DNA of 64,000 bases. Source: a virus. The translations under genes were made by a program, and so were the position numbers. The stretch is taken from IMG/VR virus record IMGVR_UViG_3300045988_159436; one strand, 5' to 3'. Shown here one piece after another: positions 29,116 to 38,656 of the stretch (positions are counted from its first letter, which is position 1; each line of letters begins with the position of its first letter). Below the pieces are notes generated by a model that was given only the letters and a program-made list of their open reading frames with translations, was not told the origin of the DNA and searched no databases.

Positions 29116-29856
29116 ATGGATACAACAAAAGATTTGTTAGTATCTTATTTAACAGATAGCTTAATGTTATCTGCACCTCTTATTAACCAAGACCCTGCTT
29201 TTGCTCAACTACAGGAAGATATGCCTAAGATAGTAGAGCAGAGCGCAAAAAGACTTGGGAAGACAGTAGAAGAAATAACGCCTGATGAAGAATATATTGT
29301 TATTTTATATGCTAAACTTGAAGTTTTTCAAAGATTAGCTTTAGCAGTAGCACCTGAATTTGATGTGACGGTAGAGCAAGCCTCCTTCAAAAAAGGTAAT
29401 AGGTTCTTTCATTATACTGCTTTAGCACAAGAAGTACAGACAGAGCTTGAAACTAACGCTAGTATTTATACTGTGATAGTAAAGCCTGTAACAGTTGCGA
29501 CAAAAGATGGAACTATAAGAAATTATAATCTTTCCAGAGAGCAAACTGTTAAATTATCAATAGATTCAGTTGGCACAAACAGTATTGAGTTATCATGGAA
29601 TAAATTTGATTTATCCTACGGTGAATTTAGAAGATACGCATTGTATTATGGTTTAGAGCCAATGTATGATGAATATGCAGATACTGTTTTAGATATTTCT
29701 AAAGCTTTAACAACACAGATGTTTTATGACATAAATAGAATTAAGTACAGATTAAATAATTTATCTGCAAATACAACGTACTATATAGTTCTGGTTTTTG
29801 AAGGAAGAAACGGAGCAAAGTCATTAGTTTCACAAGAGGTAATGACAAATGAATGA
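29116..29856 (+). CDS. head-tail connector/head completion protein with FN3-like domain
   Basis: position; FN3-like segment. Confidence 0.4.
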   Translation: MDTTKDLLVSYLTDSLMLSAPLINQDPAFAQLQEDMPKIVEQSAKRLGKTVEEITPDEEYIVILYAKLEVFQRLALAVAPEFDVTVEQASFKKGNRFFHYTALAQEVQTELETNASIYTVIVKPVTVATKDGTIRNYNLSREQTVKLSIDSVGTNSIELSWNKFDLSYGEFRRYALYYGLEPMYDEYADTVLDISKALTTQMFYDINRIKYRLNNLSANTTYYIVLVFEGRNGAKSLVSQEVMTNE

Positions 29857-30310
29857 TAAAGAATGGGTTGAAAGTTCTTTGCACGAAGTATACCAAATAA
29901 TGGGTGTATTAAATATGTCTTATGAATACATTCCACTTTTAGAGGAGCGGTATACTGATGAAGGGTTAATGGTATTGGATTATGACTACGAAAATCGTAT
30001 CCCAATAACTGCCGCAATGAATACTGATAAAGAGGGTGACCCAGATTTAGATTACGAACGCAAGGATTTAAAAAACACTCGTGAGAATGTTACAATTCAA
30101 TTCACTCGTAGCAGTATTCTTCCACATACAGTAAAAGCCAGAGATGCAATAGATGTGACTATTGGCGATAGCACTGAAAGATATATTATACTTGGAAATG
30201 ATAATGGAATCGTTTTAAGTGGTATTTATTACAGTGTGAGAGCTACCGCAGTGTCTGGTGCTCTTCAAGATTATGAGGTGCTTAACAATGGGATTGAAGC
30301 TACGTTTTAA
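29849..30310 (+). CDS. head-tail joining protein
   Basis: position. Confidence 0.35.
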   Translation: MNDKEWVESSLHEVYQIMGVLNMSYEYIPLLEERYTDEGLMVLDYDYENRIPITAAMNTDKEGDPDLDYERKDLKNTRENVTIQFTRSSILPHTVKARDAIDVTIGDSTERYIILGNDNGIVLSGIYYSVRATAVSGALQDYEVLNNGIEATF

Positions 30311-30734
30311 TGCCAAAGGTAAGAGCAGTAAAAATCTTGATGGGTTTACAGAAGTATTACAACAGTACAGTATAAAGATGTCTTTATATGGTGCTTCTGG
30401 GGTAAAAAAAGCGGCAGATATGCTTTTAAAATGGTCACAAGAGCTAGTACCAGTAGACACAGGTGAATTAAAGCGGTCTGGAAAAGTTGTTAAAATAACA
30501 GATAGCGCAAGTAGTGCAAGAATGGTTTATCAAGTACAATATGAGGCATTAGCTCCGTGGGGGAATAGTAGCACAGGAACTTTTAATTATGCTTGGATAC
30601 AGCATGAAGATTTAACCTTGCGGCATCCAAACGGAGGACAAGCCAAATATTTGGAATTCCCATATAGGTCTAATAAACAGTTATTAATGAGCATTATTAA
30701 AGAAGCTACAAAGAAAGGAATGGAAGCACGATGA
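30287..30734 (+). CDS. tail terminator/gp10-like protein
   Basis: position; ATG at 30287 preferred. Confidence 0.35.
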
Positions 30735-31120
30735 CATTTGCTACGAGTGTTGCAAAATATTTAGAGAGCTTAGATTATGGAAAAGTCGGTAAAGATATTT
30801 TCATAAACAACATTCCTTTAACTAATTCTAACAAAGCTTTAAATATTGCTGTTTATGATACTCCTTCTTATGCTATTGTTGGTAGAGCAAGGAATAGTGT
30901 TGATTTTACTTGTCAGATTAGAGTGAGAGCTTCAAAAGCTGAACAAGTGTTAAGCTGTATTAACAGCATATATAAATTACTGAATACTGGGATAATGGTT
31001 GACCCAGAAGGTAAAAAATTTCATGTAAAGCAAGTTAATCCACCACAATTTTTAACTTATGATGAAAGCAATAGGGTAAATTGGGTGTTAAATATAACTG
31101 CTTTGAGTGGAACTTATTAG
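30731..31120 (+). CDS. tail completion protein
   Basis: position. Confidence 0.35.
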   Translation: MTFATSVAKYLESLDYGKVGKDIFINNIPLTNSNKALNIAVYDTPSYAIVGRARNSVDFTCQIRVRASKAEQVLSCINSIYKLLNTGIMVDPEGKKFHVKQVNPPQFLTYDESNRVNWVLNITALSGTY

Positions 31121-31136
31121 AAAGGACGAATGATTA

Positions 31137-31952
31137 ATGGCTATGGATATTACCGCCTTACGTCTTATGGAGTTAAAAGATGTAAAGGTTTCAAGAATGA
31201 TTTCTGATTCCGCTGATGCAGAGCCAACTTATGAAAATCCTGTAGATTTAGCTGGTGCGTTATCATTCCAAGTATCCCCTGAATTAGAGAATAAGATTCT
31301 GTATGGTGATTCAACTATTATGGATTCATATTCTCGTACTACTAGCATTAACTTTACAGTTACGAATTCTGTTGTAAGCTTATCGGGATTAGAAGTTATT
31401 ATGGGTGGTCAAATCACAAGAGCAGGTGCTAATAAAGCTGAAACTGTTATTTATGAGTTGACTGCTAAAAATGCTACACCACCTTACTTTAAAATTGAAG
31501 GTAAGTGGGATTATGCGGGTGAAACTATTGGAGATGCCCACATTGTACTTTATAAGTGTCGTGTAAGCGAACCACCAGATTTCACAGTAAATGATTCTAG
31601 TGGAGATTTTGGTGATTGTTCTTTTACAGGAACAGCAATGCCTACTCGTAAAAGTGGACATTGGTGGCAGTTAATTCTTAATAAAGAGGAAAAAGAAATT
31701 GAAATCCCAAGTGAATTAACAAGCATTTCTGTAAAAACTCCTCCAACAAAAACAACTTATTCTATTGGAGAAACTTTGGAATTAGATGGATTAGTAGTTG
31801 AAGGAACTTATGAAGGTGGGACAAAAAGAAATTTAACAATCACAATGGCAAACATTAGTGGTTTTGATAGTTCTTCTGCCGCCGCAAATCAAACAGTAAC
31901 TACTACTGTTGGAAAATTAACAACAACTTTTAAAGTCACAATTAGAGCTTAA
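31137..31952 (+). CDS. major tail protein with C-terminal Ig-like domain (lambda gpV-like architecture)
   Basis: position before chaperones/TMP; Big_3-like C-terminal domain. Confidence 0.6.
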   Translation: MAMDITALRLMELKDVKVSRMISDSADAEPTYENPVDLAGALSFQVSPELENKILYGDSTIMDSYSRTTSINFTVTNSVVSLSGLEVIMGGQITRAGANKAETVIYELTAKNATPPYFKIEGKWDYAGETIGDAHIVLYKCRVSEPPDFTVNDSSGDFGDCSFTGTAMPTRKSGHWWQLILNKEEKEIEIPSELTSISVKTPPTKTTYSIGETLELDGLVVEGTYEGGTKRNLTITMANISGFDSSSAAANQTVTTTVGKLTTTFKVTIRA

Positions 31953-31956
31953 TCAA

Positions 31957-31980
31957 GAGGGGAAATCTCCCCTCTTTTTT
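31957..31980 (+). terminator. rho-independent terminator
   Basis: gaggggaaatctcccctc + T6. Confidence 0.7.
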
Positions 31981-32000
31981 AATATTTTTTAAAAAATCTA

Positions 32001-32029
32001 TTGACAATTTAGAAGAAATGTGTTATAAT
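32001..32029 (+). promoter_or_regulatory. sigma70-type promoter
   Basis: TTGACA-17-TGtTATAAT. Confidence 0.65.
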
Positions 32030-32061
32030 ATAGTAGTAAAAATGAATAGTGAGGTAAAATA

Positions 32062-32421
32062 ATGTCTAAACAATTACAAATATTAAAACCTAAAGCATAT
32101 GAATTTCTTTTAGGAGATAAACAAGTAGCATTATCTTATGATTTAAATGCTTTTGCTCTTTTAGAAGAAGAATATGGTTCTATTGAAGAAGCTTTTGCAA
32201 GAATGCAAGGAGCAGAAGGCAAGGGCGTAAAAATAAAAGATACTCTTAATTTTTTAAGAGCAGGATTAATTTCAAGTTGTCCTGATATTACAAATGAAGA
32301 AATTGGGGCTTGTTTAAATGCCTCTAATGTTCCTGTATTAATGGAGTATATTTCTGGCGCAGTACAATCTTCTTTACCTTCACAAGATGAAGTAGAAGCT
32401 ACACCAGAAGCAAAAAACTAA
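32062..32421 (+). CDS. tail assembly chaperone G
   Basis: position before TMP. Confidence 0.65.
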   Translation: MSKQLQILKPKAYEFLLGDKQVALSYDLNAFALLEEEYGSIEEAFARMQGAEGKGVKIKDTLNFLRAGLISSCPDITNEEIGACLNASNVPVLMEYISGAVQSSLPSQDEVEATPEAKN

Positions 32422-32720
32422 AAACATCTCTCTCCAAAGATAGCGGGGAAGAAGAGGGATGGGATTGGGTAGCATACTATTATTTTTCCAAAAGAATATT
32501 ACATTTTAGTGATTATGAATTTTGGAGTAGCACTCCTCGCAAGATATTCGGATTATTGGAATATCATATAAAATATGAAAAAAGCAGAACAGAAATTCCA
32601 GAAAATGTGCAACAGGGTATTGGAAAAGGTTCCAAAATTCCTAAAATAAACAATAACACAGTAAAAAAAATGGGAATAGAAGACTTTGTAAAAATGGGTG
32701 GAGGAGTTATTAAAAAATAA
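32062..32720 (+). CDS. tail assembly chaperone GT fusion via -1 programmed frameshift at A_AAA_AAC (32412-32418)
   Basis: -1 frame open from before G stop to 32720; encodes ..SDYEFWSSTPRKIFGLLEYH.. T-like extension. Confidence 0.6.
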
Positions 32721-32752
32721 CTCCTTCTTTTTATTTAGAAAGGAAGATACAA

Positions 32753-35700
32753 GTGAGTGATTATGATGTAGGTAAACTTGTCGCTTCCATTGAGCTAGAT
32801 TCTTCGCAAATGGCGAAAGACATAAAAACAATCACTTCACAATTAAAAACTTTAAATACTTCCTTTAATAGTTCAAGCAAAGATATAGATAATGCGATTG
32901 GTAAAGTCACACAAGCAGTGACTAAGAATAGTAACTCAATGCGTAGTGGCTTTACTTCTATTTCTAATTCTTATCGAGATACAAGTAAAACAATAACAAC
33001 TTTATCATCTGGTATTAGAACAGCAATGTCTACAATGTCTAGAACAGTTGATATAAGTTTTAAATCTTTGGCTAATACAATAAAAACTAGCAGTGCTTCA
33101 AATGCAAATGCAATAAAAGCGATGAGTAATGCAAATTCTACTGCAATGGCAAGAATGAGCAGTTCTGTAAGTTCTGCTACTGCTACAATGACTAAAGGGT
33201 TTGCAACAATTCAAGCGCAGAGTAAATTAACAACAGAAGCATTAAGAGCGAATGAGCAAACACTTTTAGCCTTAAAAAATTCATATACCGCTTTAGGAGC
33301 TTCAATGACAGCGGGAATGACAAAAGGATTTGCTTCTGTAGCAAGTGCTATGCAACAACAAACACAGGTTATTGTCAGCGCATTAAAGAGTGTACAATTA
33401 CAAGCTGTTGCTACACAAACAAGTTTGAATAGTATAAAAGCACCTAATCTTGATATGTCAAAAGTTGGATATCAAGGAAACGGTGTAAATAGAGTATATG
33501 GAACATTAGGAACAGCACCCAATCAAGTGTTCGGCAATTTAGGCAGAATGGATTCATCAGCGGCAAATATAACAAGTGGATTGAATACTGCTAAAAACGC
33601 AATGAATGGTTTAGCTAGTTCAGCATCAAAAGCTTTTGATGTTTTTGCTAATATATCTTTTAAAGTCTTTTTGCTTGAACAAGGTGTTAGGCAAATTGCC
33701 TCTATTTTTAATTCTCTTATCTCTCCTGGAATGAATTTTGCCTCCTCTATGGAAACACTGAGATTAGGTTATTCTGGTATTATTTCTTCCACATTACAAC
33801 AAGATGAAAAAGATATACCTTTTAATAGAGCATTAGAAATTTCAGATGCTTTATTAATGAAAATGCAGGATGAAGCTTTAAAAACTTCTTTAACAATGGA
33901 AGAATTAGGTGGAGCTTTGCAATCCACAATGGCATTAGGTATAGATGCTGGAATGAGTTTACAGCAAGTTCTTGATTTAACTGTTGTTGGAGCACAGGCT
34001 GTTAAAACATTTGGATTAAGCAATCAACAGGTAGTACAGGAATTAAGAGGATTGATTTCTGGTGAAGCAATCAGACCTGGCGTTGATATGCTTGCTACTG
34101 TTTTGGGATATACAACAGCAACAGTAAATAAACTTCGTGAAGAAGGAACACTTTATGAAGATGTAATGAAACGTATGGCTGGTTTCCAAGCGGCAAGCAA
34201 TGAGTTTCAAAATACTTGGGCAGGCTTAATTTCCAACTTAGATGATGGTATTTCCAGAGTATTCGGAACTGCAATGAAAAGTAGTGGGTTATTTGAAACA
34301 TTTAAAGAGCAAGCATTAAAATTACAACAAGTATTTTTTACTATTAATAAAACTATGGAACAGCAAGATAATGGAGAAATGAAAGAAGTATTTACTACTA
34401 CTTTAAATGAATCCACTTTAAATATTGTAGAAAAAATATATTCTGCTATGGCAAAATTAATAAAAGCACTTTCTCCAATAATAGACCTTTTAGGAAAAAT
34501 TTCTAATATTATATTAACTGGGGTAGCAGATAGTTTAGATTTACTTGCAACTGGATTAGCAGTTATTAGTGCCGCTTTAACTCCTTTATGGACAGGATTA
34601 GGCATAGTTATGGATTTACTTTCTGAGGTTCAAGGTTATTTTACAGAACTTCTTGATGTATTATTAAGTAATACTGATATGCTTGCTGGAATGACATTAG
34701 GGCTTGGAGCTTTAGCTGTTGCTTTATTATTTTTAATAAATCCAATATTAGGTGTTGTAGGGGCTATAGGAGCAATAGGGTTAGCTTGGGATACTTTAAC
34801 AGATACTACTAATTCTTTTGGTGAATACTTTAGATTAAAAATGTCACAATTTGTAGCACAAGCAAAAGCAGTTGGCATGGCAATGAAGGATTTATTCACT
34901 TTAAATTTTTCTGGAAATAGCGATAAGCAGTATCTTCAAGAAGCCGCTGATTATGGTAATGCCGCTGATAAGGCTTGGAAATCAGCGGGAGATGCAATAG
35001 CTGGTAGAATTACAAAAATCAAAGAAGATGCTGAAAAAATGCGTAAGGATGCAGAAGAATTATTTAAAGGATTAAGCAAAAAAAGTTATGGAGACGAAAA
35101 AGCTGGCAAAAAAGGTAAAGGTGCTGGAAAAGAAGCAAGTAATGCTTACAAGTTATTAGATGCTGATTTGAAGAAAGCAAATGCTTCTTTTAAAGCTCAG
35201 TTAAAAGAAATAGAAGATGCCTTTAAAAATAATCAATTATCTACACAGGATTATATAGAGGCATATTTAAAGAATAAACAAGGGCAGATAGATAAACAAA
35301 TTGAAATATTAAAGGCTAAGATAGATATTGCGAAAAGTCTTGGTCAAGAAAATGATGTTGAGAAATTCTCTACAGAGTTGGAGAAGCTTGAAATAGATAG
35401 AGCGGAAGCATTAGCAGAAGCAAATAGAAAACTTGTAGATTCTTATAAGAAGTTACAAGATACATATGATTCGATTTCTAAATCTTATCATGGCTTATAT
35501 GGAGCAACAGAAGCATCAACTACATTAGATATTATCAATGAATTAGGAGACTCCTATACAAGAACTGTTGTAGAGCTTAAAACAGCACAAGAGAGATTAG
35601 CACAAGCAACACAAGAGAGTGATTCAAAACAGATAGAGTTATGGAATAATTGGGTAGAAAAAGGAAAAGAAGCAGAGAAACAGATATTAGCAATAGCAAG

Positions 35701-37243
35701 AGCTAAAAGACAAGAATATGAAATCACACAAGCACAGGCACAAGTGGAAGCTGTTCAACTGCAATCTATAAGAAGAGAGAACGAAATTAATCATCTTGTA
35801 GAGCAGAGTAGAATGGATAGTTTAACAGCAGAAGGAAGAATTTTTTATGAACGTCAGCAATATGTTGATGATTATGTTAAAACTTATGCTAAATTAGTTG
35901 CTTTATATGAAACGGAAGCAGATTATGCCGCTAAAGCAGGAAGCTTAGAAAAACAAAATGAATGGGTAAAAAAAGCAGAAGATGCAAGAGCGGCAATGAA
36001 ATCTATTGTTGAAGAAGTTCCACCATTTCAAAAGAAATTAAGAGAAGGTTTTTCAGATGGCTTGGCAGGAATGTTTGATGATTTAACAGAAGGAAAAAGC
36101 TGGAAAGAATCTTTTCAGAATTTCGCAAGCAATCTTTTAAAAGAATGGGCTTCTATGTGGCATAAAAGATTAGCACAAGATATAACTAATAAATTGTTTG
36201 ATGCGGTTCTTCCAAAAGGGGAAAAAGCATTAACAATAGATACAGAATTTGATGTACAAGTTAATGAGTATAAAGAAGAAATAAAAGCTCAAATGGAACA
36301 GGGCGTACAGGCAGTAACAGAAGGTTCTTTAAATATTAAAGGGCAATTTGATGCTTTGATTCCCACATTACAGCAATTTGGAGAAACTGTTCAAGTAGCA
36401 ATGGCAAAGATGTCTTCTGGCTCTGGTCAAGAAGCTGGTTTAGGTGGAATCGCAACTGGCGCAGGAGGGTTTTCCATAGGAGAATCAATGACTGGCGCAA
36501 ATTATGGTGGGATGTCTTTAGAGAACGAAAGTTTAGTTGATAGCTTAAAAAACCAGTTTAATGGGTTAACACTTACTGCAAAAGATTTTGGTCAGTCAAT
36601 GGGAACTTTAAATGGTTTATTGGCAAAAAATGCAGGAGCGCAAAAATTAGATAATAAATTAACTATGCAAGCTGGATTGCAGGCACTCCCTAATATGTTA
36701 ATGGGGTTAGCTATGGTTTCTGGTAACGAAGGTTTAATGAAATTTGCTATGGCATTACAGGTAGTAATGGCAGTTATTCAAATGATAAATGCTATGAGTA
36801 GTGTGAGCGGATTTGCTACTGGTGGTTATGTTTCTGGCGCAGGAACAGGAACCAGTGATAGTATTCCTGCAATGTTATCAAATGGAGAATATGTTTTAAC
36901 TGCAAAAACAGTGAAACGTCTTGGAGTAGATTATCTTGATAGATTAAATGAAGGTAAAGCACTCGCTCCTTCAATGGCTAAATTGCCTAAGTTTAAATTT
37001 GCAGAAGGAGGATTAGTAGAAGCATCTAAATCACAGGAAAATTTAAATCAAAATCAAGTAACTAAAACGGAAGAAACAGGCGAGGGAATACAAATTACTT
37101 TTGCACCTGTATTTCAATCGCTAGACCCAGAGGCTAACATGAAAGCTTTTGACCAGCAATATCCTTTATTGGAGAAGCGAATAATAGATGCGATGAGAAC
37201 TAAGCAAGTTATGAGACAGGCAGTGAAAGGAGCGGTAACTTAA
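32753..37243 (+). CDS. tail tape measure protein (1496 aa)
   Basis: size, helical repeats, position. Confidence 0.8.
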   Translation: MSDYDVGKLVASIELDSSQMAKDIKTITSQLKTLNTSFNSSSKDIDNAIGKVTQAVTKNSNSMRSGFTSISNSYRDTSKTITTLSSGIRTAMSTMSRTVDISFKSLANTIKTSSASNANAIKAMSNANSTAMARMSSSVSSATATMTKGFATIQAQSKLTTEALRANEQTLLALKNSYTALGASMTAGMTKGFASVASAMQQQTQVIVSALKSVQLQAVATQTSLNSIKAPNLDMSKVGYQGNGVNRVYGTLGTAPNQVFGNLGRMDSSAANITSGLNTAKNAMNGLASSASKAFDVFANISFKVFLLEQGVRQIASIFNSLISPGMNFASSMETLRLGYSGIISSTLQQDEKDIPFNRALEISDALLMKMQDEALKTSLTMEELGGALQSTMALGIDAGMSLQQVLDLTVVGAQAVKTFGLSNQQVVQELRGLISGEAIRPGVDMLATVLGYTTATVNKLREEGTLYEDVMKRMAGFQAASNEFQNTWAGLISNLDDGISRVFGTAMKSSGLFETFKEQALKLQQVFFTINKTMEQQDNGEMKEVFTTTLNESTLNIVEKIYSAMAKLIKALSPIIDLLGKISNIILTGVADSLDLLATGLAVISAALTPLWTGLGIVMDLLSEVQGYFTELLDVLLSNTDMLAGMTLGLGALAVALLFLINPILGVVGAIGAIGLAWDTLTDTTNSFGEYFRLKMSQFVAQAKAVGMAMKDLFTLNFSGNSDKQYLQEAADYGNAADKAWKSAGDAIAGRITKIKEDAEKMRKDAEELFKGLSKKSYGDEKAGKKGKGAGKEASNAYKLLDADLKKANASFKAQLKEIEDAFKNNQLSTQDYIEAYLKNKQGQIDKQIEILKAKIDIAKSLGQENDVEKFSTELEKLEIDRAEALAEANRKLVDSYKKLQDTYDSISKSYHGLYGATEASTTLDIINELGDSYTRTVVELKTAQERLAQATQESDSKQIELWNNWVEKGKEAEKQILAIARAKRQEYEITQAQAQVEAVQLQSIRRENEINHLVEQSRMDSLTAEGRIFYERQQYVDDYVKTYAKLVALYETEADYAAKAGSLEKQNEWVKKAEDARAAMKSIVEEVPPFQKKLREGFSDGLAGMFDDLTEGKSWKESFQNFASNLLKEWASMWHKRLAQDITNKLFDAVLPKGEKALTIDTEFDVQVNEYKEEIKAQMEQGVQAVTEGSLNIKGQFDALIPTLQQFGETVQVAMAKMSSGSGQEAGLGGIATGAGGFSIGESMTGANYGGMSLENESLVDSLKNQFNGLTLTAKDFGQSMGTLNGLLAKNAGAQKLDNKLTMQAGLQALPNMLMGLAMVSGNEGLMKFAMALQVVMAVIQMINAMSSVSGFATGGYVSGAGTGTSDSIPAMLSNGEYVLTAKTVKRLGVDYLDRLNEGKALAPSMAKLPKFKFAEGGLVEASKSQENLNQNQVTKTEETGEGIQITFAPVFQSLDPEANMKAFDQQYPLLEKRIIDAMRTKQVMRQAVKGAVT

Positions 37244-37671
37244 TGTATAATTTAGATATAAGTACAAATGAAGATTATTATGATTATCTTATAAATGAGC
37301 AAGTTACTGGAATAGCCGCTTTAAAAGTTTATAGTTATACATTATCTTATAATACTTTAATTGATGAAAAATTTACAGGGAATGAACAGCGTAGAGATGT
37401 ATGGTCACAGCCCAGAAGAACTTGGACATTGGAATTTCAAAAATCACCAGAATTAGGGCGTAAATTAGAGGATTTTTTTAAGGCACATTTGGGAAGAAGA
37501 ACAGCTTTTAGATTTAAATGGGTAAAAGAGAATTCTGATGGTGAAGATATGGGCGGCGATGATGAATGGTATTATGTAAGATTCAATACTGATACTTATA
37601 GCACAGATATAGATTATCTTGGGTATAGACACACTACTTTAGAAATAATTGAGGTGAGAAACAATCAATGA
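37243..37671 (+). CDS. minor tail protein (lambda gpM-like)
   Basis: position. Confidence 0.4.
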   Translation: MYNLDISTNEDYYDYLINEQVTGIAALKVYSYTLSYNTLIDEKFTGNEQRRDVWSQPRRTWTLEFQKSPELGRKLEDFFKAHLGRRTAFRFKWVKENSDGEDMGGDDEWYYVRFNTDTYSTDIDYLGYRHTTLEIIEVRNNQ

Positions 37672-38282
37672 GTATAGGAATACCAGAACAGATTGAACGT
37701 TATCTTGCAGACCCAGAAATAACAACAAGATTATTAGTTGTTATAGAGTATAGTGATGAAAATATTTATAGATTTATAGTGGATGAAAGTGTAGATGAAG
37801 TAATAATAAATGGAGAAACATATTTAAGTGCCGCTATTACAAGAAGTGATAGAGAAGAAAATTCTGATATGTCAATCGAAACCTTAACACTGACAATGTC
37901 TAATCATTGGCAAGGATGGGCGGCAATTTTAGCTAATCAAGGAAATAATTTTATAAATAAACCTTGTAAAATTTACGAATGGATGCCAGAATTTCCAGAA
38001 GAAAAGCCTATATTAATTTATGATGGTGTTCTAGACAATATTAATATGACAGCCAGCACTTTTGAAGTTAAAGTAGTTAGAAGTATGGGTGATTATCAGC
38101 AAGAAAGTCCTAATATGACTTTTGACCCTAATTGCCAGTTTCAATTTAAAGATGAAAGATGTCGATATGTTGGAGAGTATTTTGAATGCGGCAAAACTTT
38201 AGCGGATTGTATGAATAGGCATAATGAAGAGCGTTTTGGGGGACATCCTTCTGTTCCAAGAGAAACGGTAATTCGGAGCTAG
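37668..38282 (+). CDS. minor tail protein (lambda gpL-like, C-terminal Cys cluster)
   Basis: CQFQFKDERCRYVGEYFECGKTLADC. Confidence 0.45.
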   Translation: MSIGIPEQIERYLADPEITTRLLVVIEYSDENIYRFIVDESVDEVIINGETYLSAAITRSDREENSDMSIETLTLTMSNHWQGWAAILANQGNNFINKPCKIYEWMPEFPEEKPILIYDGVLDNINMTASTFEVKVVRSMGDYQQESPNMTFDPNCQFQFKDERCRYVGEYFECGKTLADCMNRHNEERFGGHPSVPRETVIRS

Positions 38283-38290
38283 GAGATATT

Positions 38291-38656
38291 ATGATTCCAA
38301 AAGAAGAAGCATATAAATTTGTAGGAAAATCTTTTGTTCAATTCACAGATGATAATAAGGCGTGGGGGTGTCTTGCGCCTTATTATTTAATACATCCAGA
38401 ATTTAAAGATTTTTTTACATTAGAGGATACTAAAGAGTTTTTAAAATTAGCAAAAGAACGTTTTCAAGAAATAAAATTAGAAGATATTAAATATGGTGAT
38501 TTTATAGCCATTTTAATGCCTTTAGGTCTATGGCATATAATGGTTTATATAGACGATGGAAAATATATTCATTGTACAAAAGATACTGGTGTTGTAGTTG
38601 AGAAACTAACACCAGCATATAAAGCTAGGATAAAGGGGGTATTTAGATGGGCGTAG
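38291..38656 (+). CDS. tail tip protein, possible NlpC/P60-like (gpK-like)
   Basis: Cys...His spacing, position. Confidence 0.35.
   Translation: MIPKEEAYKFVGKSFVQFTDDNKAWGCLAPYYLIHPEFKDFFTLEDTKEFLKLAKERFQEIKLEDIKYGDFIAILMPLGLWHIMVYIDDGKYIHCTKDTGVVVEKLTPAYKARIKGVFRWA

Noticed and set aside
33769-34899. Several minus-strand ORFs (33769-34023, 34095-34301, 34207-34605, 34636-34899)
   Set aside because: Lie entirely inside the + strand tape measure gene; typical antisense artefacts of A/T-rich coding sequence.
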